Source of the DNA: a candidate division NC10 bacterium CSP1-5
GTDB lineage: Bacteria; Methylomirabilota; Methylomirabilia; Methylomirabilales; CSP1-5
Direction: 5' to 3'
DNA length: 64,000 nucleotides
Assembly: GCA_001443495.1 (NCBI GenBank)
Contig: LDXR01000009.1
Location: 28,875 to 92,874, forward strand
This document shows, piece after piece, positions 1-10,191 of the stretch (position 1 is its first letter; every line of letters starts with the position of its first letter). Below the pieces are notes generated by a model. The model saw nothing but the letters and a program-made list of their open reading frames with translations, ran no database searches and was not told the DNA's origin. Made by a program: the position numbers and the translations under genes.

Positions 1-995
1 TTCAAGCTCTCTGGCCTGCTATCGAGAAGGCCCTCGACTGGATTGATCGCTGGGGCGACATTGACGGAGACGGCTTCGTGGAATACTCGCGGCGGTCTCC
101 TCATGGCCTGACCCACCAGGGTTGGAAGGACTCTGAAGACGCCGTATTCCACGCCGATGGCACAGTGGCGAAAGGTCCCATCGCCCTCTGCGAGGTGCAG
201 GCATACGTCTATGCCGCTAAGACGGCGGCGGCCGCACTGGCCCATCGTCTCGGCAACACCGCATTGGCCGAGAGGCTCCAGGGCGAAGCCAGGACCCTCC
301 AAGGACAATTCGAGGAGGCCTTCTGGTGTGAGGACCTTGGGACGTATGCCCTGGCGCTCGACGGCGACAAACGCCCCTGTCGGGTCAAATCCTCGAACGC
401 GGGCCAGTGTCTATTCTCCGGCATCGTCGCCCCAGAGCGAGCCCGTCGAGTGGCCGAGACATTGCTCCAGAACGACTCCTTTAGCGGCTGGGGGGTGAGG
501 ACTCTGGCTGCCTCCGAAGTCCGCTACAATCCCATGTCCTATCACAACGGCTCCGTCTGGCCCCACGACAACAGCCTGATTGCCCTTGGGCTTGCGCGTT
601 ACGGGTTGACTGAGCCGCTCCTCCGCATTTTTACGGGGCTCCTCGATGTCAGCCTGTTCACGGAGCTTCATCGACTGCCGGAGCTTTTCTGCGGCTTTCA
701 CCGCCGCCCCGGAGAAGGTCCCACCCTGTATCCGGTAGCCTGTGCGCCCCAGTCCTGGGCCTCCGGATCGGTGTTCCTCCTCCTCCAAGCCTGTCTCGGG
801 CTCTGTTTCAACGCCGCAGAGCAGGAAATCCGCTTCTCCCGTCCTGTGCTCCCCGCATTCCTCGAGACGGTTGAGCTGAAGGGGCTCCGAATAAATGGAG
901 GCTCGCTCGACTTGCTGCTGCGCCGCCATGCGCAGGACGTCGGGATCGAGATCGTTCGGAAAGAGGGAGAGGTCCGGGTCACCATGGTGAAATGA
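1..995 (+). CDS. Amylo-alpha-1,6-glucosidase / glycogen debranching-type glycoside hydrolase, C-terminal part (5' truncated by window)
   Basis: Frame open from base 3 (QALWPAIEKALDWID..GDIDGDGFVEY); motifs QGWKDS, YHNGSVWPHDN, RLPELFCGF, YPVACAPQSW. Confidence 0.85.
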   Translation, partial: QALWPAIEKALDWIDRWGDIDGDGFVEYSRRSPHGLTHQGWKDSEDAVFHADGTVAKGPIALCEVQAYVYAAKTAAAALAHRLGNTALAERLQGEARTLQGQFEEAFWCEDLGTYALALDGDKRPCRVKSSNAGQCLFSGIVAPERARRVAETLLQNDSFSGWGVRTLAASEVRYNPMSYHNGSVWPHDNSLIALGLARYGLTEPLLRIFTGLLDVSLFTELHRLPELFCGFHRRPGEGPTLYPVACAPQSWASGSVFLLLQACLGLCFNAAEQEIRFSRPVLPAFLETVELKGLRINGGSLDLLLRRHAQDVGIEIVRKEGEVRVTMVK

Positions 996-1058
996 TCGCG
1001 CCGACCTTCATGGGGCCGGCGGGGGCACGCTGCTCTTAACGCAAAGCGCCATTTCTCT

Positions 1059-1087
1059 TTGACAGCCCCGAACCTGTTTGTTATCCT
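1059..1087 (+). promoter_or_regulatory. Sigma70-type promoter
   Basis: TTGACA(1059-1064)-17 bp-TATCCT(1082-1087). Confidence 0.6.
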
Positions 1088-1113
1088 AAACCATCTTGTG
1101 AGGAGCGGGGAGG

Positions 1114-1239
1114 ATGTGGAGCGAGTTCCGCGGGGACTGCGCAGCCTCCAGGGAGAAGTCGGACACTCCCGAAGACGCCGGGGGCCCGGACGGGTCGGAG
1201 ATCTTGGAAGCATCGAGCAGCCAGGCGGAAGAGCGGTGA
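1114..1239 (+). CDS. Putative 41-aa upstream ORF coupled to the PhaR-like gene
   Basis: AGGAG at 1101-1105, ATG 1114; its TGA (1237-1239) overlaps the GTG (1236) of the next gene. Confidence 0.3.
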   Translation: MWSEFRGDCAASREKSDTPEDAGGPDGSEILEASSSQAEER

Positions 1240-1712
1240 CAGAGGAGCAGGTCCTCATCAAGAAGTACAGCAACCGCAAGCTCTACGATCTCAACCGGAG
1301 TCGGTATGTCACCCTGGAGGAGATCGCGGAAATGATCCGCCAGGGGCGCCAGGTCAAGATCGTGGATGCGGACAGCCAGGAAGACCTGACCAACATCACG
1401 TTGGTCCAGATCCTCCTGGAAGAGGAGAAGCGGCGGAACCTGTTGCCGGTGGCGTTCCTCCACCGCTTGATCAAGTACGGCGAGATGTACCAGGATGTCT
1501 TCCGGCAGTACCTCTCCTCGAGTCTGGAGGGGATGCTCTCCATGCAGCGGGAAGCCAAAAAGGGGATGGAGCAGTGGACAAAGTTGGGAGGCCTGGATGA
1601 GATGGCGCCCAGCGGCGAGCCCGCCATCCGCGAAAACCCGGCGAACGTGAAAGCGGAACTCGACTCTCTGAAAGAGAAGCTCACGGAGTTGGAGAAGAAG
1701 CTGGGATTGTAG
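1236..1712 (+). CDS. PHA-synthesis regulator PhaR-like DNA-binding protein
   Basis: IKKYSNRKLYD..SRYVTLEEIAEMIRQG..D..EDLT..L.QI.EEE N-terminal domain; start placed at GTG 1236. Confidence 0.8.
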   Translation: MTEEQVLIKKYSNRKLYDLNRSRYVTLEEIAEMIRQGRQVKIVDADSQEDLTNITLVQILLEEEKRRNLLPVAFLHRLIKYGEMYQDVFRQYLSSSLEGMLSMQREAKKGMEQWTKLGGLDEMAPSGEPAIRENPANVKAELDSLKEKLTELEKKLGL

Positions 1713-1908
1713 TCGTCGCCCTCCCATTCTTCTGACATTCCCGGCGTTTTTCCATTGGCACGGGTGCGTGCAGTCAGCCACCTCCACCCCGTTTCGGCGC
1801 GGCAGGCGAGAAGCGGCGCTGTGGACACCAGAGTGAATTTCGCATAGTGTCCATCGACGACATAGCGAATGGCGATGTCGTATGGATGGCTTGAGGGGGA
1901 GGCAGCGA

Positions 1909-2928
1909 ATGGACGAGAAGCGGGAACGGGAACGGGCAAGGGATCTGGCTATCACACAGATCGAGAAGCTCTACGGCAAAGGGTCGATCATGCGTCTGGG
2001 GGGAGCCGGCGTCCTGGAGCCGATCTCTGCGATTCCCACAGGCGCGCTGGAACTGGATCATGCCCTCGGGATCGGCGGGGTGCCTCGCGGACGGGTGATC
2101 GAGATCTTCGGCCCGGAGTCCTCAGGCAAGACCACGTTGGCCCTCCACATCATTGCCGAGGCACAGCGGCTTGGCGGGGCGGCTGCCTTCGTCGACGCGG
2201 AACACGCCCTGGACCCGCGATACGCAGGGGCGCTGGGGGTCAGCATCGACGATCTGCTCATCTCGCAGCCGGACACGGGCGAGCAGGCCCTGGACATCAC
2301 CGAGATCCTGGTGCGTAGTGGGGCGGTGGATGTCGTGGTGATCGACTCGGTGGCCGCCCTGGTCCCGCGCGCGGAGATCGAGGGGGAGATGGGCGAACCG
2401 ACTATGGGACTCCAGGCCCGTCTCATGTCTCAGGCCCTCCGCAAGTTGACGGCGGCGATCTCAAAATCCAAGACGTGCGTGGTCTTTATTAATCAAATTC
2501 GAGAAAAGATCGGTGTCATGTTCGGCAACCCCGAGACGACCTCGGGCGGCCGGGCGCTCAAATTCTACGCCTCCGTCCGACTCGATATCCGGAAGATCGC
2601 GTCTATCAAAGACGGAGAGACGGTGATCGGGAATCGGGTGCGCGTGAAGGTGGTGAAGAACAAGATCGCGCCCCCCTTCCGCGAATCCGAATTCGACATC
2701 ATCTTCGGCGAGGGCATCTCCCGCACGTCGAGCCTCCTCGATCTGGGGGTGGTCCACAAGGTGATCGAAAAGAGCGGTGCCTGGTACTCCTACGGGGGAG
2801 ACCGGATCGGTCAGGGGCGCGAAAACGCGAAGCGATTCTTGCACGAAAACCCGGCCATTCTCAACGACATCGAGAAAAAGCTCCGGGCCCTCCTGGGCAT
2901 AGACGGCGCCCAGAAGACCGCAGATTAA
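1909..2928 (+). CDS. recA: Recombinase RecA
   Basis: GPESSGKTT Walker [26 protein letters not shown]; SD GGAGG before ATG 1909. Confidence 0.99.
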   Translation: MDEKRERERARDLAITQIEKLYGKGSIMRLGGAGVLEPISAIPTGALELDHALGIGGVPRGRVIEIFGPESSGKTTLALHIIAEAQRLGGAAAFVDAEHALDPRYAGALGVSIDDLLISQPDTGEQALDITEILVRSGAVDVVVIDSVAALVPRAEIEGEMGEPTMGLQARLMSQALRKLTAAISKSKTCVVFINQIREKIGVMFGNPETTSGGRALKFYASVRLDIRKIASIKDGETVIGNRVRVKVVKNKIAPPFRESEFDIIFGEGISRTSSLLDLGVVHKVIEKSGAWYSYGGDRIGQGRENAKRFLHENPAILNDIEKKLRALLGIDGAQKTAD

Positions 2929-2946
2929 GCAAATTAAGCAGATCTT
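2920..2946 (+). repeat. 9-bp tandem repeat x3 over the recA stop
   Basis: GCAGATTAA GCAAATTAA GCAGATCTT. Confidence 0.6.
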
Positions 2947-3057
2947 ACCTGCACCCACCGTTCCACCCTCCCGGGTGGAAAGGGGCCCTTCCGCAACGCC
3001 TCTCCGGCACAGAAAATGCATGGATGGAGCTTCGCACACGCCAACCCCGGAGGCGCC

Positions 3058-4203
3058 ATGGATCTTGCAGAACTCCTGAAGATCGCTGTTGAGCGGAAGG
3101 CCTCGGACCTCCACATCAAGGTGGGAGGTCCGCCGGTCATTCGGATCGACAACCGCCTGGTCCCGCTGACCGAGAAACCCCGGATCAGCCAGGAGGACGC
3201 GGTCCGGATGATCTTCTCCGTGATGAACGAGAGCCAGCGAGAGCACTTCAAGCAGAAGCGCGAGATCGACATGGCGCATAGCGTCCCCGGCCTGGGCCGC
3301 TTCCGGGTCAACATCTTCCAGCAGCGCTCCACCATCGGGATGGTCATGCGCGTCATCCCGATAAAGATCCAGACCATCGAGGAACTGAATCTCCCGCCCG
3401 TCGTGGAGAAGCTCGCCATGGAGTCGCGGGGATTGATCCTGGTCACCGGGGCGACCGGGACCGGGAAGACGACCACCCTGGCAAGCATGGTCGAGCATAT
3501 GAACACGCACCGGAGCTCGCATATCATCACCATCGAGGACCCCATCGAATACCTGATCCGGGACAAGAAATCGCTGGTCAACCAACGGGAAGTGGGGACC
3601 GACACCGACTCCTTTGCCGAAGCGCTCCGGAGCGCCATGCGGCAGGATCCCGATATCATCCTGGTGGGGGAGATGCGGGACTACGAAACCATCTCCACCG
3701 CCATCCTGGCGGCCGAGACGGGGCATCTGGTCCTGAGTACCCTCCATACGGTCGACGCCACGGAGACGATCAACCGGATCATCTCGGTCTACCCGCCGTA
3801 TCAGCAGCGACAGGTCCGCCTCCAGCTTTCGTCACTGCTCAGAGGCATCATCTCCATGCGGCTGGTCCCGCGGGCCGATGGGCGAGGACGGGTTCCGGCT
3901 GCCGAGATCATGGTGGTGACGCAGACCATCCGGGAATGCGTCGTCGATCCGGACAAGACCCGAAAGATCCCCGACTTCATCGCCGCCGGCCAGAGCCAGT
4001 ACGGTATGCAGACCTTTGATCAATCCCTGATGGTCCTCTACAAGCGTAGCCTTATCACGTACGAAGAGGCCCTGCTCTGGGCCTCCAACCCCGACGATTT
4101 CGCCCTCAGGGTTCGGGGGATCGAAGCGAGTTCGGAGCGAGCCACGCGCGCCCCAGAGGATGAGCACGCCAAGGTCACCGGACTGGAGCGCCTGGCCGGC
4201 TAA
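3058..4203 (+). CDS. PilT/PilU-family type IV pilus retraction ATPase
   Basis: ASDLHI, GATGTGKTTT, TIEDPIE, RQDPDIILVGEMRD, GHLVLSTLHT, GMQTFDQ; AIRNLIRE is degenerate (TIRECVVD), so a PilT paralog. Confidence 0.92.
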   Translation: MDLAELLKIAVERKASDLHIKVGGPPVIRIDNRLVPLTEKPRISQEDAVRMIFSVMNESQREHFKQKREIDMAHSVPGLGRFRVNIFQQRSTIGMVMRVIPIKIQTIEELNLPPVVEKLAMESRGLILVTGATGTGKTTTLASMVEHMNTHRSSHIITIEDPIEYLIRDKKSLVNQREVGTDTDSFAEALRSAMRQDPDIILVGEMRDYETISTAILAAETGHLVLSTLHTVDATETINRIISVYPPYQQRQVRLQLSSLLRGIISMRLVPRADGRGRVPAAEIMVVTQTIRECVVDPDKTRKIPDFIAAGQSQYGMQTFDQSLMVLYKRSLITYEEALLWASNPDDFALRVRGIEASSERATRAPEDEHAKVTGLERLAG

Positions 4204-4244
4204 CCCCCACCCCTTCCCTCTCCCTCATTCGCGATCCCCGTTCC

Positions 4245-4273
4245 TTGACAACACGATTCCCATGCCCTACCAT
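4245..4273 (+). promoter_or_regulatory. Sigma70-type promoter for alaS
   Basis: TTGACA-17 bp-TACCAT. Confidence 0.6.
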
Positions 4274-4311
4274 AACATACTGTAATTCCTGTAACCATCA
4301 GGGGGCGGAGG

Positions 4312-6972
4312 ATGCCGAAACTGAGCGGAGCGGAGGTCCGGGAGGCCTTCCTCACCTATTTCGCCTCGCGGGGACACACCGTCGTTCCCAGCTCCTCCCT
4401 GGTTCCCAGGGCGGACCCCACCCTCCTTTTCACCAACGCCGGAATGGTCCAGTTCAAGGATAGTTTCCTCGGACGGGAGCGGCGCGGCTACACCAGGGCA
4501 ACCTCGTGCCAGAAGTGCGTCCGGGCCGGTGGAAAGCACAACGATCTGGAGAACGTCGGGAAGACGGCCAGGCACCACACCTTCTTCGAGATGCTCGGCA
4601 ACTTCTCGTTTGGCGACTACTTCAAAGAGGGCGCCATCGCCTACGCCTGGGAGTGGTTCACGGTGGACCTCGGTCTGCCGCCCGAGCGGTTGTGGGCGAC
4701 GATCTACACCGATGACGACGAGGCGTTCCGGTTGTGGCAGACCATCGCCGGCCTTCCACCCGAGCGCATCGTCCGGTTGGGGGAGAAGGACAACTTCTGG
4801 GCCATGGGCGATACCGGCCCCTGCGGGCCGTGCTCCGAGATCGTGATCGATCAAGGGTCCGCAGTCGGGTGCGGCCGCCCGAACTGCAGTGTCGAGTGCG
4901 ACTGCGACCGATACCTCGAGCTGTGGAACCTGGTCTTCATGCAGTTCAACCGGGACGCCAGCGGAACGCTCACCCCGCTGCCGAAGCCGAGTATCGACAC
5001 CGGGGCAGGCCTCGAGCGGATCACCGCGGTGGTCCAGGGAGTATCCAGCAACTTCGATACGGATCTCCTGCGCCCCCTCATCAGTGGTGTGGAGGAGCTC
5101 AGCGGCCGGTCCTACGGCGCCAAGGAACGGGATGATATCTCCATGCGGGTCATCGCCGATCACACACGCGCGGTCGCCTTCCTGCAAGGCGACGGCGTCT
5201 ACCCGAGCAATGAAGGGCGCGGATACGTGCTGCGCCGCATCGTCCGGCGGGCCCTGCGCCACGGGAAACTCCTGGGCCTCGAAGGACCCTTCCTGGCACG
5301 GATGACGGGACGTGTGGTCGACCTCATGAAGGAACAGTACCCGGAGCTTCAGCAGAGCCGCGACCGGGTGGCGCGCGAGACGCTTGCGGAGGAAGAGCGC
5401 TTCGGCCACACCCTGCGGATGGCCATCCCACGCCTCGAGGAGGCCATCGCGGAGGCCAAGGCGGTTCGCGGCGAACACCGTCTGGGCGGCGAGATTCTCT
5501 TCAAGCTCTACGATACCTACGGTCTGCCCCGCGACATCGTCGATGAGATTGCCAGCGAACACGGGATCCGGTGCGCCTGGGAGGACTTCGAAAAAGAGCT
5601 CGAGCAGCAGCGGGACCGGGCGCGCCTCCATGCGGCCGCCTGGTTCAAGGGGGCCGAGATTTCCCCCATCGTGCAGGATCTGGCGCTGTCCACCCCGACC
5701 TCCTTCGTGGGGTATGACCAGTCGAGAGTCGAAGCCGAGGTGATCGCCATCGTGAAGGCGGGACAGCTGGGCGAGGCCATCACCCAGGGCGAGGAGGCGG
5801 AAATCATCCTGGACCGCACCCCCTTCTACGCCGAGGCAGGAGGGCAGGTGGCCGATCTCGGTGTCCTGGAGGGAACGCAGGGCGTGGCGGAGATTGTGGA
5901 CGTCCAACGGCCACTGCCGACCGTCACGGTCCACCGGGTCAGGCTTCTCCGGGGAATGATTCGCAAGGGGGAGCGCGTGCTGGCCGCCATCGATGAGGGA
6001 CGCCGGGGGTTGATTCTCAAGAACCACACGGCCACGCACCTGCTTCATGAGGCCCTGCACCGGGTCCTCGGCGATCATGTCCGGCAGGAGGGTTCCCTCG
6101 TTGCCCCCGACCGCCTCCGGTTCGACTTTCGCCACTTCGGGCCGCTCACCACCCCCGAGATCGCCCGCCTCGAACGGATGGTCAACGAAGAGCTCTGGCG
6201 GAACCTCCCGGTGATGATCGAGGACGGGGTTCTCTACGAAGAGGCCCTCGCCCGGGGTGCCAAGGCGTTCTTCGCCGACAAGTATGCGGATCGGGTCCGG
6301 GTCGTTGCGGTGCCCGGCTTCGGGCTCGAACTGTGTGGAGGCACCCATGTCCGGGCTATCGGGGAGATCGGGGTGTTCAAGATCGGCAGTGAGGGCAGTG
6401 TGGCGGCCGGCACACGCCGCATCGAGGCGTACACCGGCCCCGGGGCCTACGACTACCTGCTGAAGGAGGAGGCGGCCCTTCAGGAATCGGCCGAGGCGCT
6501 CAAGACCCGACCGCTCGACCTGCCGGAGAAGGTGGACAGGCTGAACCGGCGTGGGGAGGAGCTGGAGCATGAGATCCAGCGACTGCGTAGCCGTCTTGCG
6601 GCGACGGCAGTCGAAGAGTTGCTGAAGCGAGTCGAGACGGTTGAGGGACTGCGCGTCATCTCCGGACGGGTCGAGCACTACGACCAGAAGGGGCTTCGTG
6701 ACCTGGTAGACCGGCTCCGCGCCAAGCTTGGCACGGGCGTGGTGGTTCTGGGCACCCTCATCGATAATCGGGTTGGATGGGTGGCCGGGGTCACGGGTGA
6801 CATCGTGCCGCGGGTCCATGCCGGCCAGCTTGTTCGAGAATTAGCGCGGATGACCGGAGGGGAGGGGGGCGGTCGGGCCGACCTGGCCGAGGCGGGAGGG
6901 AAGGACCCCTCCAGACTCGACCACGCCCTCGCTCAAGTTCCGAGTCTCATCCGGCGGCTGCTCAGCCATTAG
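4312..6972 (+). CDS. alaS: Alanine--tRNA ligase
   Basis: LLFTNAGMVQFK, HHTFFEMLGNFSFGDYFK, editing HTATH and ELCGGTH, C-terminal GGG domain. Confidence 0.99.
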   Translation: MPKLSGAEVREAFLTYFASRGHTVVPSSSLVPRADPTLLFTNAGMVQFKDSFLGRERRGYTRATSCQKCVRAGGKHNDLENVGKTARHHTFFEMLGNFSFGDYFKEGAIAYAWEWFTVDLGLPPERLWATIYTDDDEAFRLWQTIAGLPPERIVRLGEKDNFWAMGDTGPCGPCSEIVIDQGSAVGCGRPNCSVECDCDRYLELWNLVFMQFNRDASGTLTPLPKPSIDTGAGLERITAVVQGVSSNFDTDLLRPLISGVEELSGRSYGAKERDDISMRVIADHTRAVAFLQGDGVYPSNEGRGYVLRRIVRRALRHGKLLGLEGPFLARMTGRVVDLMKEQYPELQQSRDRVARETLAEEERFGHTLRMAIPRLEEAIAEAKAVRGEHRLGGEILFKLYDTYGLPRDIVDEIASEHGIRCAWEDFEKELEQQRDRARLHAAAWFKGAEISPIVQDLALSTPTSFVGYDQSRVEAEVIAIVKAGQLGEAITQGEEAEIILDRTPFYAEAGGQVADLGVLEGTQGVAEIVDVQRPLPTVTVHRVRLLRGMIRKGERVLAAIDEGRRGLILKNHTATHLLHEALHRVLGDHVRQEGSLVAPDRLRFDFRHFGPLTTPEIARLERMVNEELWRNLPVMIEDGVLYEEALARGAKAFFADKYADRVRVVAVPGFGLELCGGTHVRAIGEIGVFKIGSEGSVAAGTRRIEAYTGPGAYDYLLKEEAALQESAEALKTRPLDLPEKVDRLNRRGEELEHEIQRLRSRLAATAVEELLKRVETVEGLRVISGRVEHYDQKGLRDLVDRLRAKLGTGVVVLGTLIDNRVGWVAGVTGDIVPRVHAGQLVRELARMTGGEGGGRADLAEAGGKDPSRLDHALAQVPSLIRRLLSH

Positions 6973-7031
6973 GGGCGCTTGAAATACGAGCGACGGCGTG
7001 GTATACAGGGTGTCCCGGAGGTTGCAATCGC

Positions 7032-7673
7032 TTGGGTGTTGGGGGACAAGGAAGGACGTTCGCCATAGCCTCCGAGGGGTGGCCCTTCATCCTTCCCCTG
7101 CTGGGAGGCGCACTGGTCCTCTGGACATTAGGCCTTCAAGGGGCCGGCCTCTTCCTGGTCCTCCTCGCCGGAGCGGTGTGCTTCTTCTTTCGGGACCCAG
7201 AGCGGCTCCCCCCCGGCGAGACCGGGGCGATTCTGGCCCCGGCTGATGGACGGGTCGTTCGGATCGGGCCACCCGTGGACGGACGACGGGGGACCGAGAT
7301 CAGCATTTTTCTCTCCCTCTTCGATGTCCACATCAACCGCGCTCCGTGCGCCGGCCGGATCGCGGAGGTGGTTGCCAGCCGGGGGAGGTTCAAGGTGGCG
7401 TGGAAGGCCGAGGCCTCGCAGGTGAACGCCCGGACCCTGATTCACCTCCGGGGAGATATCGGGGACATCTTCGTGCGACAGGTGGCTGGCATCTTGGCTC
7501 GGCAGATCGTCACGTGGGTTCGACCCGGGCAAGAAGTGCGGGCAGGAGAACGGATCGGCATGATCCGTTTCGGCTCCCGGGTGGATCTGCTTCTGCCCGA
7601 GGGGGTGCGTCCGCGCGTGCGGATCGGGGAGCACGTGCGAGGCGGTGAAAGCATCATTGGGGTGGTCGCATGA
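7032..7673 (+). CDS. psd: Phosphatidylserine decarboxylase proenzyme
   Basis: FFRDPER, APADG, DVHINRAP, RFGSRVD cleavage motif; start uncertain. Confidence 0.9.
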   Translation: MGVGGQGRTFAIASEGWPFILPLLGGALVLWTLGLQGAGLFLVLLAGAVCFFFRDPERLPPGETGAILAPADGRVVRIGPPVDGRRGTEISIFLSLFDVHINRAPCAGRIAEVVASRGRFKVAWKAEASQVNARTLIHLRGDIGDIFVRQVAGILARQIVTWVRPGQEVRAGERIGMIRFGSRVDLLLPEGVRPRVRIGEHVRGGESIIGVVA

Positions 7674-8461
7674 AGCGGGAAGGGCGGCGCCGCGGGGTCT
7701 ACATCCTGCCGAGCATCCTGACCATCGGGAATCTCTTCTGCGGATTCTACGCCATTATCGCGGTCTCTAAGCACGACTACTCCAAGGCGGCGTTAGCCAT
7801 CATGATCGCGCTCGTGGTCGATTTCCTGGATGGGGCGGTCGCACGGATCGCAAAGGCCACCAGCGATTTCGGGGTGGAGCTGGACTCGTTGGCCGACCTG
7901 GTCTCGTTTGGGGTCGCCCCCGGGATGCTGGCCTACGTGTTCGCCATGCGGCCCTTCGGGCGCCTCGGATGGCTGGCGGCCTTCCTCTTTGCGGCGTGCG
8001 GGGCGCTCCGCCTGGCCCGGTTTAACGTGCAGACCAGGAAGCTCGACAAACGCCACTTCGTGGGGCTCCCCATCCCCGCAGCGGCAGGCATCATCGCCTC
8101 GACCGTCCTCTTTCTCGGCGATGAGCCCTCGCTCAAGATCCTCGAGGTGCAGGTCCTTTCGGCGGAGGTCACCTCGGCCCTCATCGTGGTTTTGGTCGCG
8201 GCCACTGCCTTTCTCATGGTGAGCAAGGTCCGGTACCGCTCCCTGAAAGAGATTGACATTGCCCGACGGCGTCCCTTCACGATTCTCGTCAGCCTGCTCC
8301 TGGCCATGCTGATCATCGCCGCGGAGCCGAGCCTCCTCCTCTTCGGCCTTTTCTTCCTCTATGCCCTCTCCGGTTTCCTCCGCTACCTCCCCTTCGGGCG
8401 CAGGCGCGTCCTCCTCGGTGAAGAGCTCGAGCTTACGCCGGGGGAGCCTCGCTCCCCGTGA
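7670..8461 (+). CDS. pssA: CDP-diacylglycerol--serine O-phosphatidyltransferase
   Basis: D.LDGAVAR..SDFGVELDSLADLVSFGVAP, LRLARFN, FVGLPIP. Confidence 0.95.
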   Translation: MKREGRRRGVYILPSILTIGNLFCGFYAIIAVSKHDYSKAALAIMIALVVDFLDGAVARIAKATSDFGVELDSLADLVSFGVAPGMLAYVFAMRPFGRLGWLAAFLFAACGALRLARFNVQTRKLDKRHFVGLPIPAAAGIIASTVLFLGDEPSLKILEVQVLSAEVTSALIVVLVAATAFLMVSKVRYRSLKEIDIARRRPFTILVSLLLAMLIIAAEPSLLLFGLFFLYALSGFLRYLPFGRRRVLLGEELELTPGEPRSP

Positions 8462-8579
8462 GGGAGGGTTCCCCCGGCGTGGACAGCACTCATTCTCATT
8501 CGTCGATGGATCGGACAGACCCCCAGGGTCATCGTGTCCGCACGGTGATGTCGTAGTGGCATGACGAGAGGAGAAAGCG

Positions 8580-10124
8580 ATGGCGACGCGGATTTTGATC
8601 TTTGACACCACGTTACGCGACGGAGAGCAGTCTCCCGGGTACAGCATGAATACGCGGGAGAAGCTGGAGCTGGCCCGCCAGCTGGCCCGACTGCGCGTCG
8701 ATGTCATCGAGGCAGGGTTCCCTATCGCCTCACCGGATGACTTCGAAGCCGTCAAGGTCGTCTCCCAGAATATTCGGGAGGGGATCACGGTTGCCGGCCT
8801 GTGCCGCACCCGGGACCAGGACATCGACCGGGCCTGGGAGGCCCTGCAGCACGCGGAGCGGCCCCGGATCCATACCTTCATCGCCACCTCGGACATCCAC
8901 ATGCAGTACAAGCTGAAGATGAGCCGGGAGGAGGTGATGGAGGCGGCGGTCCGGGCCGTGCGGCGGGCCCGCGGTTACACGGACGATGTGGAGTTCTCGT
9001 GTGAAGATGCCTGCCGGACGGATCCGGACTTTCTCTGTCAGATGGTCGATGCGGCCATCAAGGCCGGGGCGACGACCATCAACATTCCGGATACGGTGGG
9101 ATACGCCATGCCGTGGGAGTATGGGGAGCGGATTTGCACCCTCATGAAGCGCGTCCCCAACATCGACACGGTGATCGTGAGTGCCCACTGCCATAATGAC
9201 CTGGGCCTGGCCGTTTCAAATTCCCTGGAGGGGATTCGGCAAGGGGTGCGACAGGTGGAGTGCACCATCAACGGCATCGGGGAGCGAGCGGGAAACGCCT
9301 CGCTCGAAGAGATCGTGATGACCATCCGGACCCGGCGCGACCTCTTGAATGTGGAGACGGGGGTGAACACCGAGGAGATCTACAAGACCTCGAAGCTGCT
9401 CACCACCATCACGGGCGTTCCGGTCCAGCCGAATAAGGCCATTGTCGGGGCCAACGCCTTTGCCCATGAGGCCGGCATTCACCAGCACGGGATGCTCTCG
9501 CACGCCCTGACGTACGAGATCATGACGCCGCAATCGGTGGGGGTGCCGCAGAGTCGCCTGGTGCTGGGCAAGCATTCGGGCCGCCACGCGCTGAAGAAGC
9601 GACTCCAGGACCTGGGGGTCGATCTCAACGAAGAGGATCTCAACCGGGCCTTCGTCCGCTTCAAGGAGCTCTGCGATAAGAAGAAGGAGGTCTTCGACGA
9701 TGACCTGCTCGCCATCGTGGAAGAGCAGGTGCTGGCCACTCCCGAAACCTACGTCCTGGAGCACCTCCAGTTCGCCAGCGGGACAAATATGATCCCCACG
9801 GCCACGATCCGCCTGAAGAAGCAGGATGAGATCTTTCAGGAATCGGGATGGGGGGACGGACCGGTCGATGCGACCTTCAAGGCCATCGATCAGATTACCG
9901 GAATCCACCCGAGGCTGAAGGACTATAGCATCCGGGCGGTCACCTCGGGCAAGGACGCCTTGGGAGAGGTGATGGTCTCCATCGAGGTCGACGGCCAGAC
10001 GGTCATCGGCCGCGGGACCTCGACGGATGTGATCGAGGCCAGCGCCAAGGCGTATCTGAACGCGATCAACCGGGTCGTCGGACGCCAGGCGCCTCCCGCC
10101 AAGGAGGTGCGTCAGGGTGTCTGA
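8580..10124 (+). CDS. leuA: 2-isopropylmalate synthase
   Basis: [36 protein letters not shown]-terminal regulatory domain. Confidence 0.97.
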   Translation: MATRILIFDTTLRDGEQSPGYSMNTREKLELARQLARLRVDVIEAGFPIASPDDFEAVKVVSQNIREGITVAGLCRTRDQDIDRAWEALQHAERPRIHTFIATSDIHMQYKLKMSREEVMEAAVRAVRRARGYTDDVEFSCEDACRTDPDFLCQMVDAAIKAGATTINIPDTVGYAMPWEYGERICTLMKRVPNIDTVIVSAHCHNDLGLAVSNSLEGIRQGVRQVECTINGIGERAGNASLEEIVMTIRTRRDLLNVETGVNTEEIYKTSKLLTTITGVPVQPNKAIVGANAFAHEAGIHQHGMLSHALTYEIMTPQSVGVPQSRLVLGKHSGRHALKKRLQDLGVDLNEEDLNRAFVRFKELCDKKKEVFDDDLLAIVEEQVLATPETYVLEHLQFASGTNMIPTATIRLKKQDEIFQESGWGDGPVDATFKAIDQITGIHPRLKDYSIRAVTSGKDALGEVMVSIEVDGQTVIGRGTSTDVIEASAKAYLNAINRVVGRQAPPAKEVRQGV

Positions 10125-10191
10125 TTCGAGCGCCACTCACGAGTGGCCCACACCTTGTCCATGGCGGTGAAATCTGCGACAATACCATCAT

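Noticed and set aside
1140-1200. RNase P RNA-like GAGAAGTCGGACACTCC
   Set aside because: Only a loose match; too little room and no 3' P4 motif
1755-1772. Sigma-54 promoter TGGCACG..TGCA
   Set aside because: GG-to-GC spacing is one base too long
8462-8579. Leucine attenuator upstream of leuA
   Set aside because: The CTC ATT CTC ATT frame has no start codon after the pssA stop, and there is no terminator with a U tract
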